Made by a program: the position numbers and the translations under genes. Below are positions 38,555-53,721 of a DNA stretch of 64,000 nt, one piece after another. The notes below the pieces were generated by a model, which saw nothing but the letters and a program-made list of their open reading frames with translations, did no database searches and had not been told where the DNA came from. The stretch comes from the human T2T-CHM13v2.0 reference genome, Homo sapiens, in assembly GCF_009914755.1 (NCBI RefSeq), contig NC_060934.1; one strand, written 5' to 3'. Every line of letters begins with the position of its first letter. Positions within the stretch are counted from its first letter, which is position 1.

Positions 38555-41100
38555 CCCGTCTCCCTCTCCATCTCCCTCTCCATCTCCCTCTCCCGTCTCC
38601 CTCTCCCGTCTCCCTCTCCCGTCTCCCTCTCCCTCTCCCGTCTCCCTCTCCCTCTCCCTCTCCCGTCTCCCTCTCCCGTCTCCCTCTCCCGTCTCCCTCT
38701 CCCGTCTCCCTCTCCCTCTCCCGTCTCCCTCTCCCTCTCCCGTCTCCCTCTCCCTCTCCCGTCTCCCTCTCCCTCTCCCTCTCCCGTCTCCCTCTCCCTC
38801 TCCTTTCCACGGTCTCCCTCTCAAGCCGGGCCAAAGCTGGACTGTACTGCTGCCATCTCGGCTCGCTGCAGCCTCCCTGCCTGATTCTCCTGCCTCAGCC
38901 TGCCGAGTGCCTGCGATTGCAGGCGCGCGCCGCCACGCCTGACTGGTTTTCGTGTTTTTTTGGTGGGGACGGGGTTTCGCTGTGTTGGCCGGACTGGTCT
39001 CCAGCTCCTAGCCGCGAGTGATCCGCCAGCCTCGGCCTCCCGAGGTGCCGGGATTGCAGACGGAGTCTCATTCACTCAGTGCTCAATGGTGCCCAGGCTG
39101 GAGTGCAGTGGCGTGATCTCGGCTCGCTATGGCCTCCACCTCCCAGCCGCCTGCCTTGGCCCCCCCAAAGTGCGGAGATTGCAGCCTCTGCCTGGCCGCC
39201 ACCCGGTCTGGGAAGTGAGGAGTGTCTCTGCCTGGCTGCCCATCGTCTGGGATGTGAGGAGCCCCTCTGCCTGGCTGCCCAGTCTGGAAAGTGAGGAGCG
39301 TCTCTGCCCGGCCGCCATCCCACCTGGGAAGTGAGGAGCGCCTCGTCCCGGCCGCCATCCCATCTAGGAAGTGAGGAGCGTCTCTGCCCGGCAGCCCACC
39401 GTCTGAGATGTGGGGAGCGCCTGTGCCCCGCCGCCCCATCTGGGAGGTGAGGAGCGTCTCTGCCCGGCCGCCCCGTCTGAGAAGTGAGGAGACCCTCCGC
39501 CTGGCAACCGCCCCGTCTGAGAAGTGAGGAGCCCCTCCGCCTGGCTGCCACCCCGTCTGGGAAGTGAGGAGCGTCTCCGCCCGGCAGCCACCCCGGCCGG
39601 GAGGGAGGTGGGGGTCAGCCCCCCAGCCGGCCAGCCGCCCCGTCCGGGAGGTGAGGGGCGCCTCTGCCCGGCCGCCCCTACTGGGAAGTGAGGAGCCCCT
39701 CTGCCCAGCCAGCCACCCCGTCCGGGAGGGAGGTGGGGGGGTCAGCCCCCCGCCCGGCCAGCCGTCCCGTCCGGGAGGGAGGTGGGGGGGTCAGCCCCCC
39801 GCCCGGCCAGCCGTCCCGTCCGGGAGGGAGGTGGGGGGGTCAGCCCCCCGCCCGGCCAGCCGCTCCGTCCGGGAGGGAGGTGGGGGGGGGTCAGCCCCCC
39901 TGCCCAGCCAGCCGCCCCGTCCAGGAGGGAGGTGGGGGGCTCAGCCCCCCCGCCCGGCCAGCCGCCCCGTCCGGGAGGGAGGTGGGGGGCTCAGCCCCCC
40001 GCCCGGCCAGCCGCCCCGTCCGGGAGGTGAGGGGCGCCTCTGCCTGGCCGCCCCTACTGGGAAGTGAGGAGCCCCTCTGCCCGGCCAGCCGCCCCGTCCG
40101 GGAGGGAGGTGGGGGAGTCAGCCCCCCGCCCGGCCAGCCGCCCCGTCCGGGAGGGAGGTGGGGGGGTCAGCCCCCCGCCCGGCCAGCCGCCCCGTCCGGG
40201 AGGTGAGGGGCGCCTCTGCCCGGCCGCCCCTACTGGGAAGTGAGGAGCCCCTCTGCCCGGCCAGCCGCCCCGTCCGGGAGGGAGGTGAGGGAATCAGCCC
40301 CCCGCCCGGCCAGCCGCCCCGTCCGGGAGGGAGGTGGGGGGCTCAGCCCCCCGCCGGGCCAGCCGCTCCGTCTGGGAGGGAGGTGGGGGGGGGTCAGCGC
40401 CCCCTCCCGGCCAGCCACCCCGTCTGGGAGGGAGGTGGGGGGGTCAGCCCCCCACCCGGCCAGCCGCCCCGTCCGGGAGGGAGGTGGGGGGGTCAGCCCC
40501 CCGCCTGGCCAGCCACCCGGTCCAGGAGCTGAGGGGCGCCTCTGCCCGGCCGCCCCTACTGGGAAGTGAGGAGCCCCTCTGCCCGGCCACCACCCCGTCT
40601 GGGAGGTGTACCCAACAGCTCATTGAGAATGGGCCATGATGACGATGGCGGTTTTCTGGAATAGAAAAGGGGGCAAGGTGGGGAAAAGATTGAGAAATCG
40701 GATGGTTGCCGTGTCTGTGTAGAAAGAAGTAGACATGGGAGACTTTTCATTTTGTTCTGTACTAAGAAAAATTCTTCTGCCTTGGGATCCTGTTGATCTA
40801 TGACCTTACCCCCAACCCTGTGCTCTCTGAAACATGTGCTGTGTCCACTCAGGGTTAAATGGATTAAGGGCGGTGCAAGATGTGCTTTGTTAAACAGATG
40901 CTTGAAGGCAGCATGCTCGTTAAGAGTCATTACCACTCCCTAATCTCAAGTACCCAGGGACACAAACACTCTGCCTAGGAAAACCAGAGACCTTTGTTCA
41001 CTTGTTTGTCTGCTGACCTTCCCTCCACTAGTGTCCTATGACCCTGCCAAATCCCCCTCTGTGAGAAACACCCAAGAATGATCAATAAAAAAAAAAAAAA
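38555..41100 (+). mobile_element. Full-length SVA retrotransposon (SVA_D-like), antisense in BLOC1S2 intron 4
   Basis: (CCCTCT)n head 38555-38803, Alu-like region, GC-rich VNTR ~39190-40600, SINE-R, AATAAA 41084 and poly(A). Confidence 0.96.
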
Positions 41101-41881
41101 GGCCTGTGATTCCAGCTACTTGAGAGGCTGAGGTGGGAGGATTGCTTAAGGCCATGAGTTCAAGACCAGCCTGGGCAACACAGCAAGGCCTTGTTTCAAA
41201 AACAAATTTTTTAAAGTAGCTGGATGTGATGGTGCACACCTGTAGTCCCAGGTACTCAGGAGGCTGAGGAAGGAGGATCACTAGAGCCCAGGAGTTCAAG
41301 GCTACAGCGAGCTATGATCACGTCATTGCACCCTAGCCTGGGTGACACAGCAAGACCTCATCTCTTATAGAAAAAAAAAACAAAACAACAACAACAAAAA
41401 ACCCACTAAATTCTTTACTTTTAACCATGTATGTAAGAGCCAGAGCCAGTTAGCAAACCACTAGTACTAAAAATACTAGTTTCTTCCTCAAAGGAAAAGT
41501 GATCTTTCAAGAAAATCCTCAACTGACTATTCATTTAAGACATATTTATCTACATTATTAAAGGTGCTTCTGCTTTCTCAACTACAAATAAGAACTTGAG
41601 CTTTGTAAGCAAACAGACCTGCTTAGAAATATGGCTCTTCCCTGTACTGGCTTAGTGTCCTTAAGCAACTTACTTATCCCCTTAAACCAGTTTCCTTGCC
41701 TACAAAAGGAGGATAAAAATCATGTACTTGAACCAGATGTGGTGGCTCACACCTATAATCCCAGCACTTTGGGAGGCTGAGGCGGGCGGATCACGAGGTC
41801 AGGAGTTCAAGACCAGCCTGGCCAACATGGTGAAACCTCGTCTCTACTAAAAGTACAAAAAAAAATCATGTACTTACCTCA

Positions 41882-42238
<357 letters not shown>

Positions 42239-42401
42239 TCAGGAAATGTTATTTTTATTAATATAATAATAAATTACTAAGGTTTTGTGAAGATTAATAG
42301 ATCACTGTAGGCACACCATAAATGTTAACTATTATGTTTACTAAGAATATGCTGGCAAGAAGCAGTCTTTATTACATCAAAACAGAAGTAAAAACGGTTA
42401 C

Positions 42402-42506
42402 CCAGTTTTTTTGAATATGCATCCAACTTGTAAGCTGCCTGCTCAAGAGCTGCTACCTGCTCTTCAATGACATTGATCTGATCCAGATAAGGCTGCAGTC
42501 CAGCAT
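42402..42506 (-). CDS. BLOC1S2: BLOC1S2 exon 4 ([35 protein letters not shown])
   Basis: AAG/GTAAC, 105 nt, contained in ORF 42325..42531. Confidence 0.95.
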
Positions 42507-43211
42507 CTTTAAAAACAAAGAAAAACTTCATGTTTATATGGCTTTATTAACAAAGAATATAGGAAAAGAGTGGAAAAGTAATAATGCTAGTGTCTCTCCA
42601 GCTATGCTAAGACAGATTAGGTGGCGTGACATGATTCTGAGCACTAGCAGGGCAGATGCTTTAGAAGACAGTAGCTAGTTGATCAGGCACGACTGTGGCC
42701 CAGACTTAGTGTCTCTCATCTACTAATTTTCCATTCTTTTTAATTTCTTGCTCCTTGAGCAATCTTTCCATTACTGATTCTGTTTCTTGGGTACTCCCAT
42801 ACCAAGAAAGAGCACCCTAGAGAAAAGAAACACAAAAATAATAAGTCAATGGAAAAAATATATTCGACTACTCTAAATTAGTGTTTTCCATTATAGAGTT
42901 TTTGGTTTTCTGCTTATAGAGTAATCCTTTATGGATTTGTAAATCAATTCATTAGAATCTGGCCACCCTTCCTTTGCCCCCTCCCATTCCAGGAATAAAC
43001 TGATAAAATCAAGATTTAGAAGCAAAAATACCCATACAAACAAAACATGCTAATCCTCAGAATGGAAGAAATTCATCTTAAATTTGGAATTCATTTTTAG
43101 AAAACAAGCTCCCACAAGACAAGGATGTCATGTTCCCTCCTCTTCTCCATGGCCCCAAGCACAAAAGAACATTAAATACAAACATGTTTAATTACAAATA
43201 TTATTACTTAC

Positions 43212-43331
43212 ATTTCTGGTTTAAGTCCTTTAAGTTCCTACTAATGTTTATAGCAATATCTTTCATTTCAAGATACTTCAAGCTGGTGAGTTTATTCATA
43301 TTTTCCAGGAGCTTATAGTCTTCACTGGTGG
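43212..43331 (-). CDS. BLOC1S2: BLOC1S2 exon 3 (ATSEDYKLLENMNK...DLNQK)
   Basis: AAG/GTAAGT, 120 nt. Confidence 0.95.
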
Positions 43332-43972
43332 CTTGAAAATTAAACAGAAGATGTAATGTCTTTAAGATTTGTCTTAAATCATTAGAATGTGGGAGTATAA
43401 GCTAAGTGGTAGTTCAAGGCAGGACCAAGGAAGTGTCAAAGGAGTGGGCCACTTTTGATCTATGACATTTATAACTCAGCCTATGTACTCTGAAAGTCTA
43501 GGTAGAAATTCAGGCAACAATCAGAAAACTATTTAAACCAAACAAGATCCAGAAGGTTCAGGATCATGGTTACAAAGGGAAATGATAAACTCATGTCCTA
43601 AGAAAAGGGAGGTAAAATAGTCTTGGTACTTCTACAGCATGAAAACATTTAACTTATATACATATAATATATATACTATCAGGCTGGGCGCGGTGGCTCA
43701 TGCGTGTAATCCCAGCACTTTGGGAAGCCGAGGCGGGTGATCACGAGGTCAGGAGTTCAAGACCAACCTGGCCAAGATAGTGAAACCCCATCTCTACTAA
43801 AAATACAAAACAATTAGCGGGCGTGGTGGCAGGCACCTGTAATCTCAGCTACTCGGGAGGCTGAGGCAGAGAATTGCTTGAATCCAGGAGGCGGAGGTTG
43901 CAGTGAGCCGAGATTGTGCCACTGCATTCCAGCCTGGGTGACAGAGTGAGACTCCATCTCAAAAAAAAAAAA

Positions 43973-43986
43973 ATATATATATATAT

Positions 43987-44038
<52 letters not shown>
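43973..44038. repeat. (TA)n(CA)n microsatellite grown from an Alu tail
   Basis: Read directly. Confidence 0.95.
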
Positions 44039-44040
<2 letters not shown>

Positions 44041-45397
44041 TCAGCTAGGACCTCACTACTTCTTAGTAACTCGTTTATTACCATGTATAATTCTATATTG
44101 CATTTTATGCAGTGACATTTCCAAACCATCTGTCTGCTTCTCATATCCTCAGTTCTTTCCCTATCCCCATTCAAAGCAAATGGTCTCTACTCCAATTTTC
44201 CTAAAGGCCAAGTCCATTAACATAAGCTGCTTCAACCTCTCTGCCTTACTTCTTTTGTTTTTTGTTTTTCTCTCTGCCTCACTTCTAAACTTCTCTGGAT
44301 CTTAATATCTTCCCAAGAGGCAGAAGTGTTCCTATTCTTGCCAAGACAACCCCCTCCTCTTGTGGCCTTGAACCCAAACACTTCTACTTCTTCAGGGCCT
44401 CTCTTCAATCATCTCCTTTCACTTGCATTTCCAAATTCTCCCTCTCTCCTGGCACCTTCCTCTCTATGTATCAATATATTCAGATTTCTTCCAGCTCAAA
44501 AGCACTCTCTCTATTCTGCTACATCTATATCATTTGCTCAGTAAAGCAAAGGAGCTTCACTGCTAAACAATTTGAAAAAGTAGCTGACACTCACTACATC
44601 CTCTTCCTTACCATTTACTTGCATATACCCTTGTAGTCTGGTTTTTGGCCCTACCATCCAGAGATTACATGCTCCAAAGTCATCCTGCTCTGCTAACCAC
44701 CAAATCCATGGCATTTGCTCAGTTCTTATCCTCCTAAACCTCTCCATTGTCTTGGACACTACTGATCTCCTTCTCTTTGGGAAATGCTCATTTCCTTTGG
44801 CTGCTATGGCATTGTACTACACCGATGATTTTCTAATCTCTAACTGCTCTTCTTAGATGTCTATGCCAGATGCTTTCTTATCAGACCCCCTTAACTATCA
44901 GTTCTCAACTGTTTCTCAGCTGTAACACATAACTGATGTTTACATGGGTAGCACATACCTATGGGCATTCCCAGGCTTATGCTAGAAACTAGCATAGTTT
45001 AAGAGGAAATATCAATTTACTCTTAAATTCAATAAAGCATTTGTGCGAGTAAGAATAACAATCACAGGAAAATAACAATTTGCTTAAAATTAATTATATA
45101 ATAAATCATTTGGAAACCTAGGTACTTTAAGTGTTACTAAAAACAAATTAAGTGCACCATACAGGCATTCCCTGACATTTTAGCCTAGGCTCTCTTACCT
45201 ACTTCTAAGCTCTTCCTTGGCAATCTCATCCTGCACAGCGTCCAATCACACCACTACGAAAGTGACTCCGAAATCTGTTTCTTGTGCTCTGATCAATCTC
45301 TGAGCTCTGGAATCCAATGTACAAGTCACCTGAGTTCCCTAGTTACATCAACAAGCAGCCAACCCAAAACTGAAAACATTTTCACACTAAACATGGT

Positions 45398-47303
<1,906 letters not shown>

Positions 47304-48390
47304 TCACTTGAGCTCAGGAGTTCAAGACCAGCCCAGGCAACATAGTGAGACCCTGTCTCTTAAAAACAGAAAAAGAAAAAAAAAAAATTACAGATTCACA
47401 ACCCCTACTATTCTGTATCAAGCCTTTTCTCATAGATTCTGATTCACAAATTTAGCTTACAGTAATTTCCTGGGGAAGTGAAACAATTTAATAAATGTTT
47501 TTGAGATGCTGTACTGGACCAGACTTCACTTTCTTTCTTTTTCTTTTTTCTTTCTCATTTTTTTTGAGATGGAGTCACACTCTGTCGCCCAGGCTGGAGT
47601 GCAAGTGGTGTGATCTCAGTCCACTGCAACCTGCAACCTCCACCTCCTGGGTTCAAGCGATTCTCCTGCCCCAGTCTCCCCAGTAGCTGGGATTACAGGC
47701 GCCCGCCACCACGGCCGGCTAATTTTTGTATTTTTAGTGGAGACAGGATTTCGCCATTTTGCCCAGGCTGGTCTCAAACTCCTGACCTCAAGTGATCCAC
47801 CAGCCTCGGCCTCTGGGATTAAAGGCATGAGCCACCGCGCCCTGCCCATACTTCACTTTCTGATCCTCCTCCACACATAGGTCATGTGTCCACTTGGAAA
47901 CGATCAAACACTAGTCATGTCCCAAAGGATGGGTTATCAAATCCTCAGACCAAACTAATAGGTCCCTAAATCTGCAGGTCACTCCCCGTTCCTCAATTTC
48001 ATTTCTCTTTATCCCGGTAAACACATCTTCTGCTTTAGCCAAACACACTGCTTGCACATACCACCTCATTCGCTAGTTGTATCATCTCCCCCTTTTCCAC
48101 CAATAATTCCCTTCACAACCCTGCTCAAAATACACTTTCCCCAAGGAAGCACTTCTTGATTACTGTTGCTGGATATGAACTCTTTTTTGTTATTGTTTTC
48201 TCATTAGTCTATGTTACAGAGGCCTGCAGAGTTGTATTTTCTTTCTCTCCCATTCATGGCCTCCCCCAACTTCCAACAGGCCTGTCTCAGGGCATGCAGG
48301 GTAGGAAGGGAGCTGCAGACTGATGCTGCTAACCATCTCCCAGGCCTCCTGGGCCAAACCGCACCCGAATCAACCCAGACCCCGCCTCAC

Positions 48391-48507
48391 CCGTCAGTTC
48401 CCCAGTCAGGTAAGTGGCCATTTTGGAGAACATGTCCCGGCAGAGCTCAGTGATGTCAGCTTCAGCAGGCTCCTTTGCTTCCTCAGCTGTCTCCACGGCG
48501 GCATCGT
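48391..48507 (-). CDS. BLOC1S2: BLOC1S2 exon 2 (DDAAVETAEE...MATYLTGELT)
   Basis: CAG/GTGAGG, 117 nt. Confidence 0.95.
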
Positions 48508-48898
48508 CTGGGCCAAGGGAGAATGACTAAGTGTCCCGCCTACACCCGGTGCTAATCCAGCCAAAGCAGCCTGTTCCGACATCCCTCCACTTGCCTTCAT
48601 TCCATCAAGTCGGCTCCATTCTCCATCTGCCATAATTTCAAGTCCTTCACTGCGTCCCTGCCCATCTGACACATCAACTCGCCTCCCTCGCACCGCCCCT
48701 CGCCCATACCCGGCACCCCCGCTCATCCTGGCACCATCCCAGTCACCCTGACAGGACAAACACTCGCGCGCAGCGACAAGTGCACTCCTCTCACCAGCCC
48801 GTTCCTGCCAGGTGAGCCACCACACACTCAACCTCGCCCACCCGAGACGGAGCCCCAGGCCCCCCACCGGACGCTTCCTCCCCATCCATTCCGGGTAC

Positions 48899-48953
48899 CT
48901 CGGGCGGGCTCATCACTCCGGGTCGCCAGTACGCCCTCGGCTGCCGCCGCCAT
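48899..48953 (-). CDS. BLOC1S2: BLOC1S2 exon 1 (MAAAAEGVLATRSDEPAR)
   Basis: ATG in a CpG island, GTACC donor, 55 nt. Confidence 0.95.
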
Positions 48954-50456
48954 AGCGGACCCCGCGCTGTTTCCGGGCCGGGGTGCTGCGCATGCGCACT
49001 GGGTGTGCCCCGCCCACCCGGCCGGCCCTGCAGTCCTGCGCCTAGCGGTCCAGTCCAGCCTCAGGTCTATGACACAGCAAAGGGCGATTCCGGAGCCGAA
49101 ATTGAAGCTACGCCAGGCTGTTGTGAATTGATCCACTGCCAACAGTCGCGACGTCTGGGACTGAGGGCGAGCTCATCCCTACAGTCACACCCTGGAGGGA
49201 TCACTCATCTTGTACCACTCACGACCCGTCTGGGAATAGTCAACCCTGTTTGTGGCCTGCTGACCAAAACCACTGAAGACGGGTTGCCCGCTCTCCTGAC
49301 ACTCCGCACTGGAGTTAGTCATCAAAAGATTGCTCAGGGAATCCAAAGTTTTACAGGTTGTCTCGTCCACACTTTGGGAAACCTTCAGGCATTGATCCCT
49401 GGTCCTAAATACTGTCCCTCCCAATGTCCTGAGTTAACACCAACTCACTGGCCCCTATTTCTTAAACTGCAGGCAGGCATCTACTTCTCTTCAGTTGATA
49501 CAGCCTTCCTTGAAGAAAGCTTAGACTGTAACTTTTTTAGGGCTGAGGATACACTCTGGTTATCTTAATTGCATTTAAGCTGTTTCACAAGCCTCCTAGG
49601 TGTACAGAGTACTTAATGGGATGGGAGAACAGGAGTGAGTGAAAGAGATGGATGAGAAGAAGTGACTGGGGAGCAATTGAAGGTGCAAAATGAGGAGGGA
49701 TAAAGGCCACAGAAGAAGGGATAGGAGATATTCAGCAGGCCTCAGGCAGGCTCCTGGACACCCAAAATCTTGGTAGTTTCTTTTCTTATCCCTGGTTATC
49801 CTCCCTCTGCACCCTCTCACCCCACCCCGATGCCAGTACATACACACACACGCCAGCTACCCCTTATCCCCAGCCCTCCTACCCTGACTGTCTCCACCCT
49901 GAGGACTGAGTCTCACTTGTCACCTGTCCCCACTTTTCCTATGGTGCAACCATAGTAGCCACTATTTCAAGCCATTCCTGCGAGCCAGAAGTTCTTTTTT
50001 TTGAAACAGAGTCTCGCTCTGTCACCCAGGCTGGAGTACAGTAACGTGATCTCGGCTCAGCTCACTGCAACCTCCACCTCCCGAGTTCAAACGATTCTCA
50101 TGCCTCAGCCTCCCAAGTAGCTGGGATAACAGGCACGCGCCACCACACCTGGCTAATTTGTTTGTATTTTTATTAAAGACAGGATTTCAGCATTTTGCCC
50201 AGGCTTGTCTGGAACTTCTGGCCTCAAGTGATCCACCCAACATAGCCTCCCAAAGTGCTGGGATTACAAGCGTGAGTCACTGTGCTAGGCCTAGAAGTTC
50301 TTATAGCCCAGCTCCTTCACATCACTGCACCTACTCTATACCTCCTAGAGAGCATGAACCTATTCCAGCCCAGGCACATGGATGACCCACAATTTCAGCC
50401 TTTCTTCCCTCTATAATACCAGAAGCAAATGCAAAGTCCAAGTTTTCCTAAGGAGT

Positions 50457-50462
50457 TTTATT
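50457..50462 (-). terminator. PKD2L1: PKD2L1 polyadenylation signal AATAAA
   Basis: AATAAA ~230 nt after the stop, followed by U/GU-rich sequence. Confidence 0.75.
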
Positions 50463-50689
50463 GATAGCCACCATGGAAACCCACATGGTCTTATGGAAGA
50501 ATAATGTCAGAACCCACCACATATTAATTCAAAGATCTCTGAATCCTGAGTTCATTTCCTTGCCTGATTCCCTTCAGGCTCCATTTTTATCTCCTGGTTA
50601 AAGCCCACTCAGTTTCCAGGTTCAGTGGACCAGGAGGCAGCCTCTTGCAGAAGATCCTTCATAGACTTTGCTCCGGGAGTGCCTCACAC

Positions 50690-50772
50690 TTAACTCCTCT
50701 GCAACGTTGGAATCTCACCACGGGAGAGTCTCCTCTCCTCTAAGGCTTCCTCTTCTCTTTTATAGGGAACCT
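50690..50772 (-). CDS. PKD2L1: PKD2L1 exon 16 coding part (EVPYKREEEALEERRLSRGEIPTLQRS*)
   Basis: CAG acceptor, TAA stop. Confidence 0.9.
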
Positions 50773-51265
50773 CTGTGGGGGAAAACGAGAAACCCATGGG
50801 TGCTAGCAACAAATCTTGGGATGCACAAAGGATAAGAATAGGATTCACTGGGAAGTAGGAAGACATCTAGATACCGCCTACTCTCTTGGTTTCTACCTTT
50901 TTCACAGACCATGGCTATCCAGGTGCTTAGGAAGAGCCATTACCCTCCCTCTCTTTATCCTGTTTGTTAACTTTTTTTTTTTTAATTAACACACAGAGCT
51001 AAGTACACAGGGAGTAAAAGGCCCAGTGGAAGACGTTATTTCACAGAGCTATGTGGCAACACACAGAAACACTGATTCACAAGCCTAAGCATGATGCCCA
51101 CCACACACAGAAACATTGGCTCAAAAGGCCAGATGCAGGGTGGGGCTCAGCAGCAGCCATGATGGGACCTGTTGTCCTAGAAGTGCAGGGGATGTGGCGA
51201 GGGGGCCTGTGCGGAGGCAGAGGGAGGGAAGCCTGCTGTCTGATGCTTTAGGCCCCCTTCCTCAC

Positions 51266-51350
51266 CACTCTCCTGCCCACCCTGGACTCCCCAGGGGTCT
51301 GGGGTCACAGCTGGGGCTGGCTGCGGGTGCTTCCAAATAGCTTGTTCCTT
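51266..51350 (-). CDS. PKD2L1: PKD2L1 exon 15 (KEQAIWKHPQPAPAVTPDPWGVQGGQES)
   Basis: CAG/GTGAG, 85 nt, frame continuous. Confidence 0.9.
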
Positions 51351-51440
51351 CTGTTGGAAGAAGAAAGGGACAAATCATTTGAAGAAATAGTTTGTGTACC
51401 ACTTTTCTTTTCTCTCTATCTGATTCCAGAGAACTCAGAC

Positions 51441-52084
<644 letters not shown>

Positions 52085-52308
52085 AGACCATCTCATGTGG
52101 CCAAGGCAGCCCTTAGGCCAGGGCAAGCAACTTCCAGGCCTTATCTCCATGACCCATCTCTGCTGATACACTAACCGCTATGAACATGTTTCCCCAGGAG
52201 CCTGAAAACATAGGTCTTTCAAAAATGTTCTTGCCCCACCCACTGAGTGGAAAAGATGGCAGAGTTCAGCTGTGAGGAACTAGGAGGACCAGGTGAAGGG
52301 CCACTCAC

Positions 52309-52432
52309 CACGCCTGGGGAGGGAGCCAGCCACCCCTTCCTCTCCAGCATTTTCAGCTTTGAGCCTACAGCATCAATCTGGGACACTACTCCTTCCAGGA
52401 CAGTCTCCAGCTGCAGAACTCTCCTTGTGAGC
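52309..52432 (-). CDS. PKD2L1: PKD2L1 exon 14 ([28 protein letters not shown]...SPGV), coiled coil
   Basis: CAG/GTGAGT, 124 nt. Confidence 0.93.
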
Positions 52433-52694
52433 CTGTGTGGGATTTGAGAGAGACGAATGGAGCAGAAATCTGTGTCTGGGGGCTGGATGTCTAAAGAGCC
52501 AGGGTTCACAGAAGGGCATGTGTCCTGAATGGAACAAGGAAGGGAAGACCCAGCCTTGTAGGCAGAATTAAAGGGGAGCGGAGGTTCTCCCTGGGGTAGG
52601 ACAGAGAATTGGAAAGTTGTGGGAAAAGTACAAGACAGGGTATCGTAATAGAAGTGTTGCCAGCCCTGAACCAGCCTTTCTTGGCTGCACGTAC

Positions 52695-52813
52695 ATGTAG
52701 AATTCTTCTCCTGAAACCCAGCCTCCTGCTCTGGCAGCCTCTGGACCCGATTTGCCTTGTGGGCTGCTCACAATAGATCGGCCTAGTTTCTCAATCTCAG
52801 TGTTGAGGGCCAC
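52695..52813 (-). CDS. PKD2L1: PKD2L1 exon 13 ([10 protein letters not shown]...WVSGEEFY)
   Basis: CAG/GTACGT, 119 nt. Confidence 0.93.
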
Positions 52814-53291
52814 CTGCTCAGGAAGTCAGAGGTTAGAGGGGAGGAGATAACTCTGGGAAGCCATCAGCTCCTGTTCTATCACCTACTCTACTGGGATCTC
52901 AGGACCAAGGCTCAGGTCCTAGTTCTTGCTATTCCCCTTCCCTCCCAGACTCTGGAGACAATAGGGTCAGGGTGGTGGTGCTGGACCAACCTCTGGAGGA
53001 GTCACCTCTCAAAGAAAACACAAGATCCTAGAAGGCTTGATGGATGAGGTATTTACTAGAGGCCAACTCATTTTAGCAGAGGAGGGACACTACCAGTGTT
53101 CTTGGCACTTTCTAGGCTGCTGTCACCCTGCCTTTGACTTTTTTTGGTCCACACTGGATAGGGATGGAGCAGGCACAGTAGGGACAGCCAAGAATCCAAG
53201 TCTGAAAATTCCCAAGAGAAGGCAAGTCCTCTGAGGGAATTATCAGTGATTCTTGGGCAGTTGGTCATTTTTCCCTAAGCCTGTGTTTTAG

Positions 53292-53469
53292 AGCATGATT
53301 CTCAACCTTGGCTATGTATTGGAATCACCTAAGGAGTTATAAAAAGTACTGATGTCTAGGCCCCACACCCAGAGATTCTGGTTTAATTGGTCTAGAGTGT
53401 GTGTCCTGAGTATGAAGATTTTTAAAGGCCCCCCAGGGTATTCTAATGTGCAGCAGTTTGGGAACTACT
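53292..53469. mobile_element. MER5-type hAT MITE
   Basis: TTCTCAACCTTGGCT..TTGGAATCACCT..CCCAGAGATTCTG..TTCTAATGTGCAGC. Confidence 0.7.
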
Positions 53470-53594
53470 ATTCTAGAGAGTTCTTTACTATCTATGGGAG
53501 AGTTTTCAGGTGGGTTTGTGTTCTAGGTATGTTGGGGGAAGGAGAGGGTGAGCTATTTCCTTACACTGCCTCTCCACCCATCAGCCCAGCTCAC

Positions 53595-53721
53595 CCTCTC
53601 TTCCTCCAGGTCCTGTCGCATTTTTTCCTGTTCCTTCTCATCCAGAATACGATTCCCATCTCTGTCAAACTTGGTGAAGGTGGCCGTGAGCTCAGTGATT
53701 TCATGCTCTGCGTGTCCCAGT
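53595..53721 (-). CDS. PKD2L1: PKD2L1 exon 12 (ELGHAEHEI...[25 protein letters not shown]), EF-hand-like
   Basis: CAG/GTGAG, 127 nt, DRDGN loop. Confidence 0.93.

Larger units (their letters stand above)
48350..49200 (-). promoter_or_regulatory. BLOC1S2: BLOC1S2 CpG-island promoter
   Basis: CpG-dense; perfect NRF1 palindrome TGCGCATGCGCA 48987-48998, ETS TTCCGG ~48971, GC box ~49008-49015. Confidence 0.8.

Noticed and set aside
39190-40600. Repeat-spacer-like periodicity suggesting a CRISPR array
   Set aside because: SVA VNTR units are tandem without unique spacers; eukaryotic context with no cas genes
38495-40936. Many overlapping 100-170 aa Pro/Gly/Arg-rich ORFs
   Set aside because: Translations of the stop-poor SVA hexamer and VNTR; not genes
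49005-49568. 187-aa plus-strand ORF divergent from BLOC1S2
   Set aside because: GTG start, GC-rich promoter sequence, no recognisable domain; divergent non-coding transcription is possible but not supported by sequence alone
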